The notes under the pieces are model-generated. The model was not told the origin of the DNA. It ran no database searches and saw nothing but the letters and a program-made list of their open reading frames with translations. A stretch of 62,677 bases of DNA, the filler included, from Choristocarpus tenellus KU-1152 (lineage: Eukaryota; Protista; Phaeophyceae): the NCBI GenBank assembly GCA_964200185.2. It is 10 parts of 10 records of this genome, joined end to end, with 100 filler letters (N's around TTAATTAATTAA, not from the genome) between each part and the next. Parts side by side here need not be neighbours in the genome. Positions count along the whole stretch, not along the records: positions 9,328 to 14,140 come from CAXNAD020012963.1; positions 14,241 to 18,987 come from CAXNAD020013228.1; positions 19,088 to 32,490 come from CAXNAD020001504.1; 7 more parts are not named here. One strand, given 5' to 3'. The stretch's first letter is position 1; each line of letters opens with the position of its first letter. Below are positions 12,401-25,000 of the stretch, one piece after another. Made by a program: the position numbers and the translations under genes.

Positions 12401-15400
12401 TGAAGGGGAAAAAAACATAATTCTAGTTGCAACAGAAGTGGACTCTCCATTCAAAATCTCGATTTTCATACATCACTTCGAAGTTCTTATTGTAGAAAGA
12501 GCACGCACCTACTTGTACAACTGGCTATGCGTTTTCGATAGCCGTTGTCGGTTATTTAATGGATCGCCCTGTACGCTTGCTCAAAAAAAGCGTGTTATGA
12601 ATGGCGCTGATGGTATCTTGGTAAGTCAAAGAATTACCCACTTATTTTGTACTTGCGTGTTGTATGCTAGCTGTGGTAGTACAGAGAGTGACGAACACAG
12701 GGCGTACAATACGACAAAAGACAATATGATCAAAGAGAGTTGGCAACCAGGAGAGTATGTGTGCAAGTACCACCGCTACGACTAAGGGATTTAAAAACCT
12801 TCCTTGTTGCGGACAAGAGAGAGGAGCGACACATTTTGGGGGAGTTACACGAGCAAGTACTCATCATGAATATTTTAATTAATAGCTATTACATACTACA
12901 CGGCGACACAACATGCATGCATACAACATAAATATTATCACATTGGGATGGGGAAGGCATAATTTAGTACAAGGGGTACCTGCACTGCAACTGAGGGGAA
13001 AGGTGTGAGCAACCTGAGAATAACCAAGATGTCCAAAAATCACTACCGAAATATTGATAACTAGGAGCACATAATAATTAGATGTGCTATTTGCTACCTA
13101 CATCACATACATGATGTGACAAACAGTAACTCTATAACTACCAATCCATCACAACGTGTGTGACACAGCAGTCAACGACCAGGTCTAGTATATCATAAAG
13201 CAACAAGCGCTAGACAATTCGTCGTAACTCTTTGGGAAAGAACACCCGACACAATAAAATGAGAAGAACTCTACTTTAGTATATAGTACCAACATCGCTA
13301 GGATGTTTTCACTATCGACAGTGGTAGTCATGTGGCACATATTTGTGACTAGGACTGGTGGTGACTTACTCGTACATTGAACTAAACATCAATTTTAGGT
13401 GTTGGGGGAAATAATGAATACAAGCACAGGAATATTCCGAACATAATGAAGACTTTTTTTGATATGATTGTATTTTGTGCTGAGCACTTACTACTGCTAT
13501 CTAGTTTAATACTCTACTTTTTTTTTATCACGTTCAAACCTCTATAATGAGTACGAAGAAATCTCTGGGTGAGAGGACAGGAACTGTTTTTAAGCGATGT
13601 GGTTATGTTAGTATTCAAAATAAATATTATGATGCTCTCTAACATTTTTTAGATGTGGCAGGGAAAAACTCAAAACTAATTCAAAATTTTCAAAATATTA
13701 GATCGAAAAGAAAATTACCCCACGATTGGTCTGGGATAAGAGATGGGCTTAATAATATTTATAGTATATTTCGGAGATAATATTATTACTCACAACATAT
13801 TATTGAACCAAAGTAAACTAGAGGTCCCCAGTATTTTCTTTTTGCATTTCATCCCACATTTTCGTCTTTTCATTTCACCCACATTATTTCTATGGATGAT
13901 GTACAAAGATTGACACTGCACCACTACTACTATTGATTTCGTTATTGTTTGATTTTCCACACATTTCAGAAAATTCCCCACAAGCATTATTTGTACAGAA
14001 CACCGAAATTTGGACATTTTTTCGTCCTTCAAGTATAACCCTGCTCACCTCTCGTTTACTTTGTCTCAATCCTCCGATGAACAGCGGATTTTAAAAATTG
14101 AGGATGGAGCGTACTATTGAGGATGGTTTCGACCGAAAATNNNNNNNNNNNNNNNNNNNNNNNNNNNNNNNNNNNNNNNNNNNNTTAATTAATTAANNNN
14201 NNNNNNNNNNNNNNNNNNNNNNNNNNNNNNNNNNNNNNNNATATACATGCACCTTTCCTGCTTTTGACGCAAATGGACACCCTGGTATAGACCCCCCCTC
14301 CCCCCCCATATACTATGAGTCAATGGCTCAAGGTGTGAACACGACGAGCTTGAATGGTATCCAAATTAATGTAACCACACTATACATACACACCAAGGTA
14401 CTCGCCCTCAAACCGTTTCACCACATCTTCAAAAAATGTGGCAGTGACAGCTGGACTCCACTAGTGACGTTAGATCCGCTACTCAAACCTATGCACTGAC
14501 AACAAAAACCGCTCCTGGACTAATCAAAACAAAACAGATGCGAGAGGACCGTGCTGGAGCCCCTCAGCGAACCGTGCTCTGTCGGTTCCTTGGGCAGTTT
14601 CAAAAATCTTGTGTTGACGGTACATGCGACAGGTGTCACACGAAATCTCACCCGATGTGGAAGTGCCCCTGTATGTTGGACTCTCACGGCACACACATGT
14701 CACATGGAACGAGTTCGTCGACGCATACACCCCGGTAGTGGAGGCCGACCTGCAACAAAAGACTTGCCAGGAGATAAAGGTGTGCCTTATCCAAACACTC
14801 ACCAACTGCTTATATTTGGAAGACGAACCTGTCCGGTTCCACCCTCACGCCGGGTCCAGGACCGATAGAGCAACCTACCCTAGCAATCAACCATATCTCC
14901 ATGTTCACATCCAGACCACACACCCATGCTCCTATAAATCTCTATGTCCGTCTACACTGCCACGCAGGCGCTGTGCTTTAGACTTGGCATCGCCCCCCCC
15001 AGCAGGACCACCAAAGTTGACATGATCCACATGATCAAGGCAACTATGCGGAGCTGAAGGCGGACAATCTCATGAACGACGATTTGATCATCGCTAAGTG
15101 CATGGTGGGAGAGTCCCCCCCCAACTTCAAGAGGAATAGGACCGAGGAGAACGATGACAAAGACGCCACAGGGTCTACGGACAAGCACAGCCGGAGGCGA
15201 AAGGTGAGCGACATTTTCCTTGGGGTTATAATTACAGTGTACATTGGATGTGTCACGGCATATATTCGTCAAGCAACAAGAGGATAATCCCTCCCTCAGC
15301 ACCGGACACAACCGATTACACCCACAACAAAGCCTGATTCACCACGACCTATCACCAGCAACTACGCTCGAAACGCGACCACCTGGCCCTTTCGATACAG

Positions 15401-15693
15401 GTGCTGTTCCCAAGGACGGAGGGATTCCCTACACTCCTAAAGGTCATATTTGCAAACTTTGAGAAGAGCTTCTTCCTTCATCACAACACCACCATTTGGC
15501 AGGCGCAACAATACAAAAACTGCAAATCCCGCCTCCCCAAAGGACACGCCGCCATGCCCATGGACTTCACAGCGCCCACCTGAAACACAACCACCAAGAC
15601 TTGACACAGCAGGAGTTCTTCAATCTTCTATTCCTTACGGCGCTTCTGACCATTGTCTAGTGGTTGAGAGATTTCAGAGAAGAGGGAAATCTT

Positions 15694-15952
15694 GAGTCAA
15701 AGTATCTTAGAGGGTAGAGTCGCGTCCATTTGTGGATCAAAATTCAATATTGCGATTTTGATGTAATTTTGGTTATCCTGTTTGTTAGGAAGTGTCAATA
15801 TCTATGTTTCGGACACACCTTTTCATAATGTGTACATTTTACCTACTCCTAAACATTTTGGAGTAGGAAAATGTCATAATAAAAACCCATGGGATCCAGG
15901 CCCCAAATGGACAAATAGGGCAAAACTCGTACCCTCTAAGATACTTTCACTC
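15694..15952 (+). mobile_element. MITE family A, full-length copy 1 (Sola2-like termini)
   Basis: TIRs GAGTCAAAGTATCTTAGAGGGTA / TACCCTCTAAGATACTTTCACTC; internal sequence matches four other copies in the window; no clean TSD here (TCTT/TTCT). Confidence 0.92.
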
Positions 15953-15979
15953 TTCTCACAACCCAGATACGTCCACTGA

Positions 15980-16700
15980 CAATGTCGACCATATACACAT
16001 CGCTTGTTGCAGGAATACATACCGCATACATTACATGCATGATTCTCCCCGCACTCTGGACCTGATCCCTCCTTGCCACTCCCATCAGTCTCGACCCTCT
16101 CGCCCTTCCACAACCCATACACACTAAACACGCAATAGATATATCGTTGACGTATTCTGTCACATCTGCACTTTCCCTCACGTCGACACCACGAATCACA
16201 TCATAATCACATTTATATGCCTTTACTAATAGATCGCACACTGCCCGAGCACACTTGCAACCATTGCCCTCGATTTAGAACGAGTCTGCCAATCTGTAAA
16301 CCAACCCGAAACTCCAAGTTATTGTTTCCTTCCCCACGTAACAACGTTGGCCATATATCCATCGCTTGCTGCAAGAATATATACCACCTCTTTAACCTGT
16401 CTATGATTTTTCAACTCACAATAATTAATCCCTGTTTGCAATTCGCGACTGTCTACACCCTCACATCCCTTGCAAACCCATATATTCCACCAAGGTCATA
16501 GATTTCGTCGACCCATTATGTCACATCCGTTCCTTCCCTTCATGCCTACACCATGAATCACATGATGATCGCACATACACACTTCCTAATCGACCGCTCA
16601 AAGTTCGTGCACACTTTGAACCATCGCACTCTATTTCTCAATTGTCTAACAATCGGCAAACTAACACAAACCTCCAAATGTTGATTTTCATCACACACTG
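15980..16700. repeat. Diverged tandem duplication, two units of ~361 bp
   Basis: Matching anchors ~361 nt apart: ccatata-catcgcttg-tgca-gaata-atacc (~15989/~16351), gtcacatc (16159/16520), acacca-gaatcacat, ctccaa. Confidence 0.75.
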
Positions 16701-17213
16701 CCATCCGTCATTACCAAACACCCGTGTTACAGCAGTAGGTAGCACAACTATTTACAATCGAACACCATCACATCGAATCTGTCACAACACACTGCCTCAG
16801 TGCTGACACTGGCTCCAACACGTACCACCCCTCCCCTTATACGTACAATCACCACAACCCTTAGGATTGGACGGACTGGGACGGCAGACAGCACAGTAAC
16901 ACCTGTACGAAACTTCTATACATCGACACGTTCCACACACAGGAGATAGTCCACCTTCCGTCTTACAAGATCGACCGTGTGGGACGACACGACTCACGTG
17001 TCCCGAACCTCAGTGGAATCAAGTCCATGCGCAGATTCTTCACTGGTAGACTCACCACCGGAGACTCCCGTACATTGATATGCACCGAACTGTCGTGTTA
17101 CTGCACGAACTGTTCCATCGGCAACCTTGCCCAATGCCGGTGGCAATAAACACACGTGCCCCCACTTAAGGAGATAAACCTTCGGATTTTCCACCAAAGC
17201 AGGAACAGGTGAT

Positions 17214-18380
17214 ATGTATCTCAGAAGTCAGCTGTCGAGGAAGAAGAGACAGCTCGTTGAGGGGGACATATGCATTGTGCAGACGCAGCCATCGGAGTAT
17301 AATGGTATAGAGTTCTTGCCGTTCACTATCCACCGCAAGGACACAATTCAATGGAACACCAGACACCACTCCAGCTACGGAGGGATGTTCAGTGCTGGAG
17401 ATGAGATCGTCTTTGTCACTGAAGACTTCGAGGTGCTGAGTGCTAGCTTCGTTGATTGTGTGCCAACCATTCACATGTCACACGGACGGATAAGGTGAGT
17501 AACGCCTCTTATTGCCTCCAACAAAACAATGCCCCACATGAATGAATCCATGCTGTCCATATACAGATGTCACATACCCCCCTATATCCCCTCTGACCAA
17601 CATAGATTCCTCCCATAACGTCCAATCCTGACATCCAAACTAGTGTCATTTTCTTCTCCCAATCTGCAACCGCCACTGACACACCTTTCACATTCTTTAC
17701 TCGCAACTTACGCAGGGCAAACAAGGATGTCCCATACGTTCATTTTGCTGCCAAAGTATGTGACAAACCAGGCCATCACGCGCAAACATATTCCAATAGT
17801 CCTACACACCAACACCACCCCCGAAACGAACATGCTTGTGGTGATGCAGGACGCACAACCGGGTCCCCGTGTCGTGCCTCTTCAGGCCATCATCATCCCA
17901 GACTTCAGGGGCATTGACCGCAACCACCTGGACGTTCACGACACATTCACGATCCTGCCTGATCAATATCAGAGATTCATCTCGGAATGCAACCGGCAAT
18001 CTCTCAGTGGGATACCTGCTCACTTCTCTAGGCAACTCAGACTTGGGGACACGTCAGACGCCAGGTTCGGTCGAGGAACGTGCTTCATCCTACACTCGAG
18101 TGGGGGGGCCATCGTACAGGGGAAGGTCAGCGATGTTCGCGTAGATGGTTCAGGGGCATACATTTACTCAGTGTCCTACCTCCCAAACGATGGCAAAAAC
18201 TCTTTACCCCCTCAACTGGGGTCGTACATGACAGAGGACCAGATCGAGGAGGGTGTTAACCAACTTCAAGACAAGAGCAATAGGGACAGTTATGAGGCTG
18301 CAGCCCTGTGTGTCAGACAACGCAGTCGGTACATTGTCGACCGACAGCGGAAGCGTAGGGACATGGACAAGAATATATAG
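17214..18380 (+). pseudogene. Coding-like, probably decayed gene of unknown family
   Basis: A 94-aa ORF ending at a GTGAGT donor (~17495) and a 245-aa ORF with a CAG acceptor at ~17715. Protein-like text continues past the stop with frameshifts (PYEVKWEDGD near 18570). No family recognised. Confidence 0.4.
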
Positions 18381-18966
18381 AAATATATACTCCTTGAACC
18401 GACACTGAGTTATATTTGCCGGATTTAGATGAGGGAGAAACACTCAATGCCAGGGCCAGGGGCAGGGGACTATACCTCAGATGAGACGATCGGCGGATGC
18501 CAGGGACCGTGAACAAGTACTAGCCCCAAACTACACTATGAAAGATAGAGAAAAAGCGAGTCAGTAACCCCTACGAGGTCAAATGGGAGGATGGCGACTT
18601 GCGAAATATGCAGCTCCTTGTCTCCAACACTACAGCACTCACCAAGACGGTCATACACGGGCCTGGTTCCGGACAAGTCCCACACTGACACCATACTGAC
18701 GACATTCACGGCTTTGAGGAGCAACATAGGCCAATTTCTTTTCGTGAGTCACCCTCTCTACTTCGGCAGTCCGACACATGCCTCGACAGACATGTTATGA
18801 TGGAGAGATCGGACGTTCTCTAAATCGACGGACTTATGCATTTGGTATATTTAATTTATTATCTTCCCAAAGAGTTTGTGTTCATGCGTCCTCATACACA
18901 TGTTTTTATTGGTCCGGTGGCAACCAAAATTTCTTCTCCATTATTGATGCGTTCTTCCACCATCCT

Positions 18967-18987
18967 GGGTCAAAGTACCTGGGGGGG
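18967..18987. mobile_element. Terminus of TIR family B at contig end
   Basis: GGGTCAAAGTACCTGGGGGGG runs directly into the linker. Confidence 0.65.
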
Positions 18988-19087
18988 NNNNNNNNNNNNN
19001 NNNNNNNNNNNNNNNNNNNNNNNNNNNNNNNTTAATTAATTAANNNNNNNNNNNNNNNNNNNNNNNNNNNNNNNNNNNNNNNNNNNN

Positions 19088-22000
19088 ATGAGGCAGCAGC
19101 TGCAGCAGGGTCTAGTGGTGGGGGAGGTCGAAGTAGTGGGGGGGGCAATGTTGGGGGAGGAACGGCCCTATCACGGGTTAGTGTGGGAGATGATCCTTTA
19201 AGCCGAGAGGAGGCAAAAGTTGTGAGAGAAAAGACTGCAAGGTTCCTTCTGGGTGAAGCCCGGTAAGGCTGGTACTAGATAAATATGATTTAAGGTCAGG
19301 CTTGTTAAGGTAACTACAGTGTGAACTGTCTTGCTTATTACTTGAATGAAATGTGTTAACTTCGACTCCACTGTTTAAAATGATGTCCAAATCTGGTTTG
19401 CTTCTCTTGAAAAGGGATACTCGCCTAGCTGAAGTGGACAGGCACATGCAAAGTGCTTTAGCCCCTGTGTCATCTGACATTATCAAAGCTTGCCTACCTG
19501 GGGGTCAAGACAAGCCCTTCCCACAGAACTGCTTCAGTCTCATGGTGCTAACTGGGGGGAAGGGATCCATGGTCAACCACTCACAGGCAAGTGCAGTAAT
19601 CCCAAATGGTTGCTCTCTATTTGTTTTATGCAATTGGGCTACATCACTTAATTCCAGTCGCTACATCATAGTTGCCAGTTTCAATTAGGTTAAAAGTTGA
19701 TTGAGGCACGGAGTGAAGCCTTTGTAAAGATACATAAATATATACATGTATACTAGATCTTTATCTTCAGTGTAATTTGGCAGTTTAGCCCTTGCCAGTG
19801 TCTAAAGAAGATAGTTCCATTCAAGATACAATTTTAGCGTTTTTAATGACTGAAATAAATATGTTCAGTTATGCGTTCTCTCCTAACATTTTCAAGTTAC
19901 GAATTTTCCTTGCTATATTTTGTTCTCTATTTTGAGTTTTGGATACTATGCTGTATACCTCAGGTTGCGGCCTGGAGGAGGAACAATTTCCTCTTCCAGT
20001 GTGGCCGTTGCCTATCATTCGCATCAGCAAGAGCAAACTACACAGTTGCTGTCATTCTGTTGCCTCCCAAACACCCACCTGTCGTTTTGCAGCGAGAGGC
20101 AGGGTCCATGGGAAAGCGGCTGGGAAAGCAGCAGCAAATCTGTACCTTCTTAACCTACTTCAATGTTCTGAAATTGTTTTTTTTTCCAGAAGCATACTAA
20201 GGCAAAGTCTTTGCCAATACTAGATCCCTATTGAGTAACATTTTAAAAACATAATGTTGGGGGTAACATTTCGCGAGGCAGTACTGTCATCCCCAGTACA
20301 AAATCATCTTGACCATTTTTCTCTGCAATCTGGTTCAGAAGAGGATTGTTCATGGCTAAGAGTTGATGGAATCTGTATTTTTTTTTATATTATTGAGAGA
20401 CAATGACGCAGCTCAATACCTTCCAGGCTCTTGTGTGCACGCATCTTGGATCGTGCCTGTGGTGAAATTAGAAAGTAAATTACTCATTTCTCATGAATTA
20501 TAAGGGATGCCTCATCTCTTTCACTGATCTCTTTAGTACTTTGGATGATATATATATATATATATATATATATTAGGTAATCAAACCTAGGCTGCTATTG
20601 CAACTGCACTATCTCATATTCTTGTTCTTCTGATCACAGGTCTCCTGCGCTCTGGGGCAACAGGCATTGGAGGGAAGGCGTGTTCCGATCATGGTGTCCG
20701 GAAAGTCCCTTCCTAGTTTCCAAGCGTATGAGTCCAGTCCCAGGGCTAATGGTTTCATCACTGATAGATTTCTCACTGGTATTAGACCACAGGTAAAACA
20801 TTAATCCTCTCATCTATTGTAGCGCATTATGTAAATAAAACTGAATGTATAATGTGTCTTATCCTTTTCATTGGCTGTCCTTTGCTTAATGGTGATACAT
20901 TATTGTGAAGTTCATTTTCTGTGGAACCTCTATTATACTGTTGTATAAACATCTGTGATTTAATGTTTGGACAGTGCTGTATATCTCAGGTTGTGGCGTG
21001 GAGATTAGAGTGTATTCTTCCTCCCAAATGGCCACTGCCTATCATTCGTGTCAGCAAGAGTACCTGAATGTTAGATTTTTCTTGTTGGAGTAAGTGAGTG
21101 TGCTCACGAGAAGTGATGTTAGTGTGAAAAGTATTGTCAGTCTCATTATCCACACCCCACTTGCTACAAAGTGTTGTCTCTTGTAGCTCTGCATCTAGAT
21201 CATGTAGATCATGTAGATGATTATCTTTTTCACCTTGAGTGATGAACGTTCGTCCCTGCCGCCAATTGTATCTCGAAAGGAGTACTACTTTCACTGTATG
21301 GCAGGGCGTGAGGGTCTTGTTGATACAGCAGTCAAGACATCAAGGTCAGGGTATTTGCAAAGGTGCCTGGTAAAGCACCTTGAGGAGCTCAAGGTAGGTG
21401 GAAAAATGGTTAACGGAGGGATATTCATATTGATTGGATGATTTGTATGCATTGAGGTGACAAGGAATCCTAAGAGTGATGAAGTGCTGGGAACGGCACT
21501 GGAGAGATAATGCAATTTGATAGGAATTTTTGCTCTTCAATGAAATGCATTTTGAATGCTATTGATCCTTTCCTTGACAGTCCATTGAAGAGTCTTTACA
21601 TAATTCCGAGAACCCTTTTGATTGGTGTGGATAAATACGAGACACCTGTGTTTCTGAGGACTGTCATAAGTGAGGTGATTTGGTATTTGAAAACATGTGT
21701 TTAGTATATTATTGCCTGACCATGTCAAATGAGACAACTGTGTTCTGAGAATTGATAACAAAAACTGTGATATTTGTTAAACCTTGAGCTCTGGCAAGAG
21801 AGTTGCCCCTCATAAGCGTTTTTGCTCTTTTTGATGATTGTAAACATGCTCAATGCCTCTAATATTGTAGGTTATCATCACATAAACATACTTTGCTTGC
21901 GTGGTACATTCCATTGTATGAAGATACTAAAGACTTGACAATAACACTCTTCAATTCGAAGAGTGTTAAGAGTGTGCGGTTTTTGAGAGTATGTACTGCA

Positions 22001-25000
22001 CACATCAAAGATCACATTTAGATTTGTTTTTCTTACATTGTTGACATTCAGGACATCACTTGCATGAAACAAATATTTTACCCACTTCTTCAACAGTTGA
22101 TTTTAGTTTGTTGGCACTACTGGTACGCCGCATCCATGTTTTGACATTAGGGTTGAATGCATTATGTGCAGGTTAGCTATGATGGGACAGTGCGTGATGG
22201 AGAAGGTTGCGTGTACCAGTTCATGTATGGGGAAGATGGAGTGGACACAACGAAAACAAAGTTAGTGTCTTGTGAAGTTTTTGTCACTAATTCCTCTCAT
22301 GGTTCTCCAAGGTTCATGTACAATGCAGTGAAAATAGGTCAAAGGCCTCTGACAAGTGCTGCATCGAAGGCCCACATCAATTTTTCTATCTATCTATTTC
22401 TTGATACCCACCAACCCCAACTATTCCCTCTCACTCCCATCATTTCTGTACAATTCCAGAAATGATTATTCATACTATCCCCTTTCTCCACCTGATAACT
22501 ACTGACATTCACCTAGAGACTGTATAAAACTAAATCCTTATCTTACAACATCACTTTTGAATCTGTCCTTGTTTTCCTTTTTTTGCTCAATAGTTATCTC
22601 TCTGGTAAAGATATGGGGTTCCTCTCGAAAAACTTCCAAGCATTATGTCACAAGTATAATCCCTCTTCTTTTGGGCACAAAGGAGAAGGGAATGGAATTA
22701 GCAATAAGGATGCCATTTTATCAGCAGGTCTTGGCTTTGATCCAGATGTGTCTCGCCAAGTCCACCATTCAATCTCTTCTGCTAAGGTGGAAGAGAAGAG
22801 GATGAGGGAGACGGGAGGTGGTGTGGAAGGGGGGATCTCGAAAGGCAGGATTTTGAAAGTTGGGCAGGCGGTGGTTGCGAAAAGGTTAAAGGAGGGATTA
22901 TCAGTGTGGTCAAGCAATGATCTCTTGCCTGGATGGCATGCAGCTATTGTGACCGATGTTTGCAAGGCACATGCTGGAAATGATCAGCTGCGATACAGTC
23001 TCAGGTTTGTATGAGGCATGCTCTACAATGTAGGGATGGGAGAGGGTCCCAGGAAGTTGGAATTCATACATTTAGGATAGGGAAAGGAGGTTAGTTTTGT
23101 CCATTCCAGTCATTATTAGTATGGTGTCCTTTGTTTCTTGTCCAAAACCTCTCAATGCTAAGCAGAGATGAGCTTATCAAAAGCACAAAATTTATCCATT
23201 TACAGAAAGCGGCAGAACAGGAGTGTTTTTATGTGTATTGTGAATGGAAATCCACTATTATAATCATATGGTCCATCTCTATCTCCTCTGCTATGATGTC
23301 AAGATATGCACTTTGAGTTGCATGTCCTAATGCATTTGTCTTAAATAGTGTGTTACGGACTTGATAGCTATGACAAAACATTTAAACCTGCATACTTTTA
23401 TGGACTTGGCAGATACAATGCCGACAAAACTTTGGTGAAGAATATACCATCTGCAATTTGTGCTATGCGAACAAAACCTTCTGAAGAGGGGGACCATGAG
23501 TGTGAAGAAGGATTGAGGATGATGCCTCTCTTGCTACCATGTATACCAGATCCTGTGATGTCGACACTCAATCCTAATCAGGACCTTGGGTAAGGGCATT
23601 CCCTGTATGACTATTTACTGTAGGGGGCCTGCCTGTTCAGGATCAGAATGTGTTCACATGCATTTGAAGGGTCATCATTGCGTCTCGAAATTGTCTTTTA
23701 TATTGTGAATTTGAACTTGTGACCAAAGAATGGTTTTGCTCAATGCTGCCTCACCTGTTTTATTCTCAACGCAGATAAACCTAACTGTATGTAGATACAT
23801 TTATATTTTCTCATTATTCATGACAAGGTGTTCAATATGATCACTGGAAGTTTGTATAAACAGATGACTTTTTCATCTGAAGTCAAACCAAGCATTGTGT
23901 ATAATACTGTTTGTTCCCTCCTTTTGACTCTTTACTAAAAAGGTGTGTGAGTGAGCGATTTCAGGAGGCCTTGCAAGGATTTCTAGAAAAAGAAGGCAAT
24001 GGTCTCGTTGATCAAAGTTACACCGATTCAGTTTCCTCAGCAGCAGATGGAAAATCTCTTGTCACAAAAGAGGATTTTGAACTATTGCTCTGGTCCAAGT
24101 ACATGAGAAGTCTCGTTGCGCCAGGGGAGGCTGTTGGAAGCATTGCTGCACAATCGGTGGGTTGTGAATTTTTTTAGGAGTAACTACCTTTTTTGATATT
24201 CCAATTCTCTGTGACTGTCGAAATATCTCAGGTGTGGACCATGACCCTTCACTGCTCTTCTGGGAGTTTTAGTGTTATATTTGATTTCCATTAGATCCTA
24301 GAAGCACTAGGACAAAGAGGAGCAATACTTGGCATTCTTCCCCTTCTTTATCGTGTAGAGGTCTAGCAGTGCCACACTACATATTTTGTATGATAATCTA
24401 GTATCTGGCTAGTATATTCTTTTGCTGTAAAACTTGAAACCAAATGAATGTGGGCAGTGTAACTGGATAATATCGAAAATTGGTCCAGGCTCAAGGATTG
24501 CTGTACCTTAAATGCCCTGTGCATATCCAATGATGTAGATGTCAATATTTGGTGCAACCCCTGTGTTGTTTTTAACCCGTTACTAGGTCACCTTATCCAC
24601 TGCAGTCTTGTATACACTCCACCTTCACCTTTGTCCTTGCCTTTGATGTATGTGTTTGTACTGCACACCAATCTCCTTCTATGTATACACAGTTTGGGAC
24701 AAATGTAATGCATATACTTTGCATGTTTTATGTTTCTACATTAGTAGAGAGCTATGTCACTCGATTTCCAATAAACTGACATTTTACTCGTACTTGCAAT
24801 GCTTGCTGTCTTTCAAGGTTGGAGAACCATCTACTCAAATGACACTTAATACCTTCCATTTAGCTGGGCATGGAGGAGCTAATGTTACTCTGGGTATCCC
24901 ACGTTTGCGTGAGATAATCATGACCGCATCCAAGGTTCTAAAGGTGAGTGCACACATATAATTACACATCAAAAGGTCTTTGATCAACACTTGTGCATCT

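Noticed and set aside
20395-20532. Additional C/D snoRNA (AGAGA...ATGACG...CTGA-TCTCT)
   Set aside because: Poor C box, long for a C/D guide, and no rRNA-complementary element recognised.
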